64,000 nt of DNA from Lama guanicoe (taxonomy: Eukaryota). Positions 24,701-36,434 of the stretch are shown piece by piece; the stretch's first letter is position 1, and every line of letters begins with the position of its first letter. The position numbers were made by a program, and so were the translations under genes. The notes below the pieces were generated by a model. It was not told the DNA's origin. It saw only the letters and a program-made list of their open reading frames with translations, and made no database searches. The stretch lies in assembly GCA_013239625.1 (NCBI GenBank), contig MU054049.1:445015-509014 (forward strand), in the 5' to 3' direction.

Positions 24701-27700
24701 ACGTTTCAGATCCAAGCCCAAGCCAAAGATGGGCAGCAAGGGCTCTTCCTGACCACAGTTTTGAGATTAATGTGAAAAGCAAAAAGACTGTGAACATTAT
24801 TAGGGAAGCAAGATGAAGTGGTGCCACAAGATTTAAAGCAAGCATCACATGTAAGGTGTCCTTTACCCTGACCTGGCCTGTGGCCTGGTCCATACCTGTG
24901 CACATGCTCCGAACAGGCAGCCCAGAGAGAGGGTCACAAGTTGTTGGCTTCTGGATCAAACACATGTTCTCCAGCTGCTCACGGCCAGGGCAGGGGCTGT
25001 GGGGAAAGGTAACAAGATGAGATAAGATGCCCCAAGGAGGCAACTTCCCAGCATTCTGAGTATGGTGGTGGCCCCAGGCTCCATCGCCCAGCAGATCCAT
25101 AGACATACCCCATCAGGGCCTGATCTGGTTATTAGAAGTGTGCTGGAAAACTGAAAATAGACTTACCCTATGATTCAGCAATCCCACTTCTGGGCATATA
25201 TCCGGTGAAGGTTCTTATTTGAAAAGATACATGCACCCCAATGTTCATAGCAGCACTGTTTACAACAGCCAAGACATGGAACTGTGCACTGACAGATGAT
25301 TGAATAAAGAAGTTGTGGTATATTTATACAATGGAATATTTCTCAGCCATAAAAAAGAATAAAACAATGCCATTTGCAGCAACATGAATGGACTTGGAGA
25401 TCATCATACTAAGTGAAGTAAGCCAGAAAGAGAAAGAAAAATACCATGTGATATCACTTATTTGTGAAATCTAAAAAAAAAAAAAGATACAAATGAACTT
25501 AGTTACAAAACAGAGACAGACTCAAAGACATAGAAAAACTCATGGTTACCAGTGGGTAAAGAGAGTGGGCGGGATAAATTGGGAGTTCAGGATTTGCAGA
25601 TATTAACTACTGTATACAAAATAGAAAAACAAGGTCCTACTGTAGCACACAGGGAACTATATTCAAAACCTTGTGATAGCCTATAATGGAAAAGAATATG
25701 AAAAGGAATATATATATATATATATATATATAAATAACTGAATCTCTATGCTATACACCAGAAATTAACATAACATTGTAAACCGACTATACTTCAATTT
25801 TAAAAACTGAAGATAAAAATAAAAGAAGTGCACTGGGAAGAACGGCTTCGGGGGCTTTCTGTCTTAGAGGGGACCCTAGAGTCACCCAGGCCACTGTGAA
25901 CTTCCCACCACCTTTCCTTTGGGTTGGCTATGCAGCCTTCAAACCTTCCATTTCCTCAACCATATAATAAGAATAATACTCCTATTTCCCAGGTGATGGC
26001 TTCTAAATGAGGTACTAATTCTAAAGCACTGACACTTTAAGTGAGTCCTGGTTTTCGGTTGTTTGCTTTCGTTTTTAGCAGGGCCGGGCAGGCTCCAGCA
26101 CCCCCACTGTGATGTGCCCTTGAGTGTTTCACACAGTAACTTCCCTGCTTGATCTCTGCAGACATTCAGGTTGGCTATCCGCTAAAAATACTGAGCTAAG
26201 AACAGGAACCCTTCACACAGGCATTCAACTGGTTTTGCCGAGCCAGCATTCTAGCAAACAAAGGATGTTCTAGGTCCTAGGAGGATAATGAGTTAGGTGG
26301 GGACCCCTCCCTACCCACAGGGCCATCTCTGCCCAAGATAAGCTACGATCAGGGATGAATAAAATAAAGAGTGAGCAGGAATAACAAAATCAAAGCCACA
26401 GGACTCAGAGCCCTGGAAACAGCCAGCACTGGGCCTTGTATAGAAGGAAAGCCAGGAAGTCAACCATCTGAACAGATCCAGTGGACCTCCATCACCCAGG
26501 CTGTCCCTCCATCACCCAGGCTGTCCCTCAATCACCCAGATGGTCTCTCTATCACCCAGGTGGTCCCTCCATCATCCAGACAGTCCCTCCAACAACCAGG
26601 CTGTTCCTTCATCACCCAGGCTGCCCCTCATCACCCAGGCTGTCCCCAACCTCTGGGAGTCCACACCCACCTGACTGCTTTAAGCAGCCAGATGGAGGTG
26701 GGGATGGATGCTGGCATGCAGCCACCCACGGACCTTCTCCCTGCACCCTCGGATCTTTGATGCCAGGTACTCTTGGCAAAGAGCCCAGCACTGGACAGAG
26801 GAGCCAGAGCCAGAAGGAAGAACAAGAGCAATGGGGGAGGGAAAGCAGGTGAGGGGCAAGCACAGAGCCATTCTTCAGAGACTGGGGATGGGGCCTCATT
26901 TTGACTTGGCTCCTGTTTATACTGTGCATTCCAGCAAGTTCAACCCACATTGACTGACAACCTACCAGAAGTCAGGCCTCGGGCTGGCAAGGCACCAAGG
27001 ATAAAGGCGAGCCAGACATGGACTCTGCCTTCTGGGAGCTCCCAGCCCACCGCAGGATGTGGGGTGGGTGACTTTCATGCCACCCAAAGCCAATCAAAGT
27101 GTCCAGGGAGAGAAACTGGCAGAGCACTCCTGGGTTTAAAGAAAGGAGACACCCCAGCAGTCCTGAAAGGATCAAGAAAGGCCAGGAGGACAAGGTGGCA
27201 TGTGGGAGGGCCTTGCGCAGCAAAGGAAGGGCTTTTCTGCCCCAGCTGCTCTGGCCCATGTGACCCGAGCCACACATGCAACTGTATTGTTTAAAAGGAT
27301 AAAAACCAGCATCTACTGCAAATCACAAAAAGACAAAGACTGTGTGATTCCACTCAGACAGCAGAGTGAGGTCCTTAGGGCAGTCAAGTTCACAGAAACA
27401 GAAGGCAGAATGGCGGGCATCAGGGACTCAGGGAGGGGCAGTGGGGAGTGTCCTGTGATGGATGCAGGTCCAGTTTTGCAAGATAAGAAGAGTTCTGGAG
27501 ATTGGCTGCACAACAATGTGAATATACTTAACACTATTCCACTGTACCCTTAAAAATGGTTAAAATGGTGAATTATATGTTATATATATTTTACCACAAT
27601 TAAAATAAGCTTTTAAAAATGAAAACCTAAAGGGGGAAAAAATGCTATTTACTGAAAGTCTTCGCATGCTGGCCTCAGAGCTGAGGAAAAAATCAGGCAT

Positions 27701-30700
27701 GTTTCTGTCCTCTGGAAGTTCGCTAACAGGACAGATAAATGCATGTGATGTCTGGGTGGAGAGGAGTCGGGGCTGCTCATAAGGGAGCTGGTGGTGTCCA
27801 GGAATCACCCTTTGCCTAGGTAGTCGGGAAAGGCTTGTCAACTGAACAAAAATGCACAACCTGAAAGCTGAGAATTATGTTTTATTTGGTGGACTTTCTG
27901 AGGACTTCAAGTCCGGGAATAGTAAGGGAGGAGCCAAGATATATGGGAGTTTTTGCAACAAAGACCAAGCAGTCAGAACATCAAAAGATTACTGGTAATT
28001 AAAGGAAAAAAAAAAACCCCAGATATCTCAAGTTAAGGAATTTAGCTTTTTTCTGTGTATGGGAAGATGCAAAATCTGGGCTCACTGAAATCATCCCTTT
28101 GATGTGCACCTGCGCCATGCAGGGCCAGTGTCCTGTACTTCCCATCTTGAGTCTCCTCAGGGGGCACCTCCCGGGCATGGCAGGCATCCTGTTTCCATCC
28201 GGAGTTCCCTCGGGGCTCACCTTTAAAAGTGGTTGCAAGGTGATGGCTTGATGGCTGCAACTTCCTCTGTTTACTGATAGGGCAGGTAATATTCTTCATT
28301 CACAGGCTTCACGGAAAAGGTGCCGTGAAACAGGTGGGGCGGGGGCTGTGTATCAGGGTTGGCACCCCACTGGCACCCCTGTTCTAAGCCAGGCACAAAG
28401 CTGCTTGGGATTAGCAGTGGGGACGAAGCCCCATCTCTAAGGGTCAATATCTGTATACCTTCCCATCCTTCCTTTCTTGCCTCTAACCCTCTGGTCTACA
28501 GCACCACCTGCTCCTGCCACACAGGCCCTCTGCTTGTCACCTCTGGGAGTACCAAGGGGCAGGGGCTGTGTCTGTCCTGCTCACTGCTGAGTCCTCAGGG
28601 CTGGCACACAGCAGGTGCTCAACCAGTTTTTCTAGCAAGAGGAACTGGGCTTTTGCTCATGGCATGCCGGCATATCTCCCTCCCTTCTCACTGTTCCCAG
28701 ACCTACGCTGGTCGAGACCTGGTGTCACAACCCCCAGGCAGCGCTCCTCCATCCCCTTCCTTGGAAATAGCCTCACTCTCAGGGGAGCCATCACTCTGTA
28801 TCTGTGCCTGCCTTAAACAGTTACTCCATCCTATCCCCCTTAAGAGGGTCTCTGTTCCTACTTCTCCCCTAGAGACAAGGGGACGGGCACCGACATCAGG
28901 ATGCTCACCAGACTCATCCCACCTTCAGGGTTTTATAACACCATTTAATTCCCACGGCCACCCAGTGGATGGGTATTCCTGCTACCACCACTGGACAAAT
29001 GAGGAAACTGCGGCACAGGCATTAAAAACAACTAGCCCAAATCACACAGCTGCAGACAGCTGAGTAGGTGTGGGTGACAGATTTCCATGACGACGGGCTC
29101 GTCCCAGAACTCGGCCTGAAGGTGACCCTTGGCTGGGTCATCTTTGCAGCAGCCGCAGCAGAAAAGATGAACTTCCCATACGTGTCATAGGAATCAACAG
29201 AGCCAGAGGGATGTCAGCCCCTGGCCCCCCTCAGACTTTGGCCACAGCAATGGTGGGCCGGCCATTCCACATGAGCTCAGGCTCAGCTTGTGCTGGTTCC
29301 TTTCTACCCTAGAGCTTCTGGTACATCTTGAGCACCTCACTCATCCCCTTTTGCCCAAAAGTATAGGAAAGTCAGTGCCTCCCACAGACAAGATTTCACC
29401 AGAGAGGGATGGGAGCCAGGGCATAGGTGTCCACCCTCTTGATCCTTCAGACAGACAATTCCAGGGGACCTTGTCATTGGAATTAGCCCTGGGTGCCCAC
29501 AATCGTTACCTTGATGACACTGCTCCCCTCTTTTTGACTTTCCTCTTTCCCCGTCTCACTCACCCTGTTCACTCCTGCTTCCTGATCTCACCTCCACAAA
29601 AACCACCTGCATGCAAGTCACCATCTAGTGCTCTGCTTCCGGGGGCCTTCCAGATGGCCAGACACCCTAGATTTTTCTTCTCATGGAAGGTTACCGTAAC
29701 CTCTGACCTGAGTTATTAAGGGTTGTGAAAATCCAATATTCGTAATCTAAAATTAGAGGAGTACCAGCGATTACTGAGGATGCCAACTCAACTTCCTACT
29801 AAGAGGTCTGGCTGCCCTGTAGGGCTGCAAATCCCCTCCTGTGCATGCCCCCTGGATGGTCCCTGGAAGCCCACCCACTTCAGGAAGGGTACTTTGCAGT
29901 CAACACATTCTCAAGGTGGCCTTGACTCAGTCACAGCTTCTTCAGGCTTTTAATCTATAAAGGGCTATAAAGTACTGTTCACCTGAGTGATAGATTAAAG
30001 AGGGCCACAGGTGCTTTGACACTCCTACTGAGGCGGGAAGCCCCATTAAAAAAAACCCGGCAGGACCCCCAGGCAGGGCCACTACTCTCCTGCCAGCACC
30101 ATCTGGCTCCCTGGTCCAGCAGCTTTATCTCACTTTTTGCCTCTGACGCGGCTAACTTCTAGGAAAGCAGAGCTCACTCCTGATTGGCCCATTTCCCTCA
30201 CTCCTGATTGGTTATTTCTCTCACTCCTGATTGGTCCATTTCCCTCACGCCTGATTGGTTATTTCTCTCCTCCTTGATTGGTCCATTTCTACAAAGCCTG
30301 TTCCTAATTAGTCAACGTTTGTTATACCTCATTTGCATATGATGTTGCAAAGTGTAAACTGGCAGCCAATAAAAGCCTGTGTAAACCTACTAATGGGGTC
30401 CAGAGCTTGGAGTGTTAACTCCTCTGGGCCTGCTGGTGTAATAAACCTGAGTTCTCCAACTCTCCAAGTGCTGCTTGGTCTCTTGTCCGGATCCAGGTTG
30501 CTGTCACAACTGAGCTGTCACAAGTGAGCTGTAACACCGAGCTGTAACACGTTTTTCTATGACACTACATCAAGAGGTGGATTTCTGCTGCCCCAAATCT
30601 GTGCTGACCCGGGACTACTTTGTCCAAGAGAATATGGCGGAAGTAATGCTGTTCCAGCTCCAGGCCCAGCCTTTAAGGAGACTGGTAGCCTCCCCTGGGG

Positions 30701-33700
30701 CCCTTGGAGTTCTGAGCTTCTGCATAGATGCCTGACCACCTTCCATATAGAGGTACCATGTGGAGAGGGCCTGAGACAACGTGGGGAGTGAGAAGGGCCC
30801 AGCTGAGCTCATCATCCCAGCCACCTCCACCAAGGGGCTGGGCAAGTGAAGAACACAGTCTTGGAGCCTCCAGACCAGTCCTGATGAGTCCTGTGAAGAG
30901 GAACAGAAGAATCGCCCAGCCAAGCCCTGCCTAATTTCTAACCTGGTGAAACAGAAAAACAAAATGATTGCTGTTTTTAAGCCACTCTGCTTTGGAGTTT
31001 CCTGTTACACCACAATAGATGATTTCGCTTCATCGTTATTGAACTAGTTTGCAGTGCATGGTGAGGCACATTTGTATCAGCAGAATTTGAAGCAATCATT
31101 TCCTAAGAATTACTTTAAGATATAGTAGATGCACTGCAATTCAAATCAATCATCCACACCCTCTTGCTGAAGCAAATGTATAACTCATTCCAAAACACAG
31201 CACCTACAGCAAACTTCCACGGTCCCGGGCTGCCTGTGACTCTGTGCTATTTCTAGAACTTGCAATGTAAGTGCAATCCACCTTCTAGGCTATTTTCAAA
31301 TTATGGATCATTGTGTCATATATAAAGCTGTGCTGATAAGCTCATTACTTTCACTTGCAAATTAAATTACAAGCAATCCATCAACAGAAAAGGCAGCAGC
31401 AGTGTAGAGGTTAGGAGTCTGGACTCCAGGGCCAGCTGTCTGTGTTCAAATCTCAAATTGGGAGGAAACAGAAATTACTCCACAGGCAGTGAGGGTTCAG
31501 TGAGCTGGTGGGTCCAGTGCTTAGCACAGCACCGGGCTCATGATCAGCCCAAAAAGGCTATTGCAACGTGTTTATTTTGTTCCCTTCAATTTCATATTAT
31601 CATCTAGTTCTTTCTCCACCAAAGATAGGGAAACATACTAGGAGATCATGGGATGTCTGCCCTATAGCATTTAACATGGATGTGGCCCATACCCAGCCTT
31701 CGGGGAATCTCTGTGGAATCAACTGATAGACACCCAATGAATGCATACTTCCCTTAGACCTCTGACATCCTTCAAACAATTTCTTCAGCTCTGGATTATT
31801 CCAGAGCAACAAGTACATGACGGTTTGGGCCCAGAGAACAGATGCATCCAACCCACCTGCCTCTGAGTCCCTGAGCTCCCGTCCCCTTGCTGGCTTCCAC
31901 GGTCAAGTTATCCAGTGACGTCTGCACCACGCCTCCCATGGCGTCCGCCAGCCTGGGTACGAACAGCGCATTTTCTGAGCAGGACAATCTCTGAATCCAA
32001 CTGAGAGGCTTGGACCGGGCCAGGTGTGCAAGACTCAAATTAGCCATTTGCAAACACTTATCATAGTCTGAAATGTGGGAGGAAAAGATACAAGTAAGTA
32101 CTGACAAGAGTGACACCGGCTCCATCACTCCTGTGGCTGCAGCACATCCGGGCCCCAGGTCCTGTTCCAGCTTGTCTTTGTCTGCACAGAGGGGCCTGTT
32201 TTTCTTCATGCTGGCTCGTGATTGGGTTCCTGTGATTAGCCCTGGGAATGTCACGTATTCCTAATTAGCACTCCCTCGTGGCAGAAACCCCAGACACACA
32301 GGAAGGAGGACATGGGATGCTCCCTATCCCCTGGCAACAGACAGGACATGGAGCCACAGATCAGATGGGCGCTCACCTGGGGGCAACCACGCCGTATCAC
32401 GGTGCCCACAGAACCTCGTATAAAATGAAGCACCACCACCCATTCTGCTCGCCGCCTTTACAAACCACCCTCCAAAGGTTATCTTAACAAACAGGTCTGC
32501 GCATTACACTCTGCCCTGTGGGACGTCACCTTTCATCTCTACACAGCTTAGCTGCCCTGGGAACAACATTTAAGATTTGATTTTCTGAAATAGGAATACG
32601 TATCAGATGTGCTGCGTCTCCCAGCTTTGACACGTCCCTTCCTCCCTTCATGCAGAAAGAGGTGACAAGTGATGCAAATGAAATCCCCAACATGAGACAG
32701 TGACTGTGAGTGACTCACCAGTCGCTCTTCATGTCATTCATGAGAACCTGGATTTGACAGACAGATTCCTGAATTAACCAGGATTCATACAAAGCCCAGT
32801 TTGTATTTTGAAAAAAGGGAATGATGGCTATATTCTGACCATCTATCTGTTCCTTGTTAAACCTGAGAAGGAAAGAATACTCAGGCACGTGGCGCTTGTG
32901 TGGCTCCAGTTGTGTGTGTGTGTGTGTGTGTGTTGTGTTTGTATGTTTTGTGTGTATGTGTGCTTTGTGTGTGTGTTTGTGTGTGTTTATGTGTACGTGT
33001 GTTTGGGATGTGTGTCTGTGTGTCTGTGTGTTTTGTGCTTGTGTGTAAGTGTGTTGTGTACGTGTGTGTGTGCATATCTCAAGCACAGTGAGGTACCCCA
33101 CTGGGGGCGTGTCCGTGGACATTCATTTCCCCCTTTTCCTACAGTGGCGCCTGGTTCATTGCCAGGACTGTGCCCGCTGAAAAAGGTAGCCTTTAAAAAG
33201 TCCTTTTTGGGAGTGTTCTGTGTCTATGAGGCACTTGGTACCATCACTCACGTACAGTAGGCAAGGAAGGGAGGAGGACTCTAAGCGATCTGAATATGAC
33301 CTGCAGCTTTTGTACAAATTGCACGGTCTCTGACTCCAGAGATTGGACCTCCAGACACAGCAGCCAAGGCAGTAACACCCACACCAACAGCCCTCGCAGG
33401 GCACGGGCTTCTATGTGCCAGGCACGAGGGTAAGCATGCTATCTGCCTTGTCTCATTTAATCCTCACAATAACCCTGTGGGGTAGGTATCATTATACCCA
33501 TTTTATAGATGAGGAAAAGTAAGGCTAAGAGCGAGTTAACAGTTTGCTCAAGGTCCCAGGGCTTGTTGCAGGTGGGGCAGGACTCAGGCTCGGGTCAGCG
33601 GACTCCACAGTCCACACCAGAAAATGGACATGCTGAGGACACGGTGATAAAAATGGTAACACAGGAGATTCATCTGAAGCACGCCCAGCCTTCTGACTGG

Positions 33701-36403
33701 TCTAAAGGGACAGTGACCTCAGCCTTAATTATGATAGATATTAATACCCACAGGAGGGCATTCTAAGGGAAGAAAGTGGTGGCAGGCTCGCAGCTCAGAG
33801 AGGTTGTGTGGGTTTCAAAGAAGCCTTTGTAGAGAGGTTAGTTTAGAGACGCAGGCAGAAGGGGGCTGTCCTCTAGGAGAGGTAGCAGAGGAGTGAGACC
33901 ACCAAGAGCCTGGGTTCCGAGCAGGGCTCTGTCCCCAGCAAGAAGCTGGAGAGCATCAGAGCACCAGGGAGGAAGCTCTATTGACAGGACAAGCCACACA
34001 GGGAGGTCTGGGAATGAGAGCCCGGATGCCAAGCACTTAGCTTCAAGCATGACGCAGGGGGGCTCATGCGGCTGGTGGGAGTGCTCTAATCATTATTAGA
34101 CTTCAGCTTAGTGGGCTTCAATTGGCTGGAGAAACAGTGCAGGCAGGGTTGGCTGGTAGGTAGGACAGCCAAGAGCTGATGATCTTTCAGGAACAGAAGG
34201 AAGTTTTACCAAGAACATCCCAGTGCCACTGACTTGCCAAGAAGAGTGAATGATTTCTGTCCACAGGTCAGGGGTGACTCACAATACAACTGTGGCACCA
34301 GCAAAGTAGAAGAGAAATATACAAATTGGTCTGGATGGTAAAGGCTGAGGTCTCAGTTAGTTACAGCGTTTCAAAAGCACAGACGCCGAGGGCTGTAAGG
34401 AAGAGGGAACCAGCCCAAGATCCCGGCAGCCACTGCAGGTCTGTGGAGTTTTAACAGCCACAAGTTCATCGAAAGTCCACAAGCATCCCTAAAGGCCCCT
34501 GCCACCCATCTGAAAGGGCTGAGAAAGAGCCTGTGGTCCCACTCTGTGATGCTGACACATTCAGCCTGATTTAGTCCTGAAATTACACACTTGTAAAAGC
34601 TGGGTGATTTTTCTCTCCCCGTGTCAAATATGACTATAAAATAATATGCTTGTTGAGACAATTCACAGAAGAATGACTGAGAAACACTTGGAAAATGTCC
34701 AACTTCTCAACAATCAAAGAAAGGTCAAATGAAACAACACAGAGAAATCATTTTTCCCTATGAAGTGAACCAAGAGAAACATGATAAAATCAATTCCAGC
34801 AAGGATTTGATGAAACAGGCACAATGACACTGAACATGGGAATGACTTACTCGGGAAACAGCAAGGACCTTAAAAATGTCCCAGCCTTTGCCCCCTAAAT
34901 CTAACCGAGATCTAGCTTAAAGAAATAATAGAAGGTACAGAACACTTTTCTTCCAATGGTGTTTACTGCAATGCTATTTATAATATTAAAAAATGAAAAG
35001 CAAACTTAAAATCAAAATAGAGGAATAATTAAGTAAATGATTGTATTTCCACAAGAATCATCCATTCATTCATTCAAAAACACATGTATTAACCGCCTCC
35101 CACCTGAAACGCCTCTGTTCCATGCTGGAACTGTAAGGTAGGGGACACTGCCCCTGCCCTCCAGGAACTCCCAGTCTACTGCAGACTGGAAGCAGACGTA
35201 TCTACAAATAAAAAGGGCAGGACATTACAGATCAGAAGATGGAGTCTGCACAAAAGAGGGAGTGGTCAATTCCACCTGGGAAGGGAGTTGGGGGGGGAAG
35301 TCAATCAGGAGGGACTTCCAGGAGGAGGTTGTCCTGGACCTTATTCTTGGAGAATCAGACTCATCTGAGTAGTCTGAGCCTGGAAGTGGGCAGGAACAGC
35401 ATTGCAGGCAGAGGCCATGTTGAGCACAAAGACCCAGGAATCTGAGACATCCTCAGGCGTCCAGCAGCCTTCAAGCGAGCATGCAGTGTAGCTCGAGGGA
35501 AAAGTGGGAGAGTCATGGCAAGAAACAAGTCAGGCTTGGGGCCAGATTGAGGAGAGTGTGACATGCCATCCTAAGAATTCTGGGCTTGTCCCTGCAGGCA
35601 GCAGAGAGCCACTGACAAATTTTCAGTGTGGAAGAACGTGATTGGATTGGCCTTTTTGAAAGGTGCCTGTGAAGGCTGAGATTAGGACGAGTTAGAGCGA
35701 ACACGACTCCCAGCAGAAAGCCCATTTGAGAGCACTTGGTGACAGGTTGGGTGGGAAGAGAGGGCGCAGCCCCAGATCGTCCCAGTTTCTCGAAAGGTGG
35801 GTGGGTGGTCTCATTTGAACAAGATGAAGACCATGGTGAAGGAAGCCGAGTGGGAGGGTGAGATCAGCTGAGTTTGAGGACCATGTGGGACCATCAGGGG
35901 GAGATGGCCAGTTCTCAGCTGGACGTAATCCTTGAAAACAGTGACTGCAGAGAGACTTTCTCATCGGAAGAAATTTTTTCAAAGGAAACAGGTACATGAA
36001 AAGATGTTCAAAGTGCCTAATCATCAGGGAAGTAAAAACACATCAAAACCACAATTAGATACCACCTGCACCTGTTGGCATGACTATCATCAAGAAGACA
36101 AGAAATAACAAGTGTTGGGTAGGATGTGGGACAAAAGGAAACGTTTGTGCCCTGCTGCTGGGAATGTAAATTGGTACAGCTATTATGACAAACAGTATGG
36201 AATTTCTTCAAAAAATTAAAAATAGAAATACCGTATGATCTGGCAATTCCACGTCTGGGTATATATCTCCAAAGGAAATGAAAACACCAACACTAACTGG
36301 AAATGAAAACAGTAACCCCCATGTTCATTATAGCATTATCCACAACAGCCAAGACGGGAAAACAACCTAAGTGATCCTCAATGGATGACCAGAAAAATAG
36401 AAT

Positions 36404-36434
<31 letters not shown>

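Noticed and set aside
26491..26647. Possible CRISPR-like array (also considered for 30173-30290)
   Set aside because: Head-to-tail tandem repeats with no unique spacers, in mammalian intronic DNA.
28359..29063. Longest ORF in the track (234 aa, plus strand)
   Set aside because: Non-ATG start, low-complexity Pro/Ser/Leu composition, runs into a MIR fragment, no recognisable domain; likely a chance ORF.
32715..33260. Cys/Val- and His/Thr-rich ORFs
   Set aside because: Translations of the (TG)n microsatellite.
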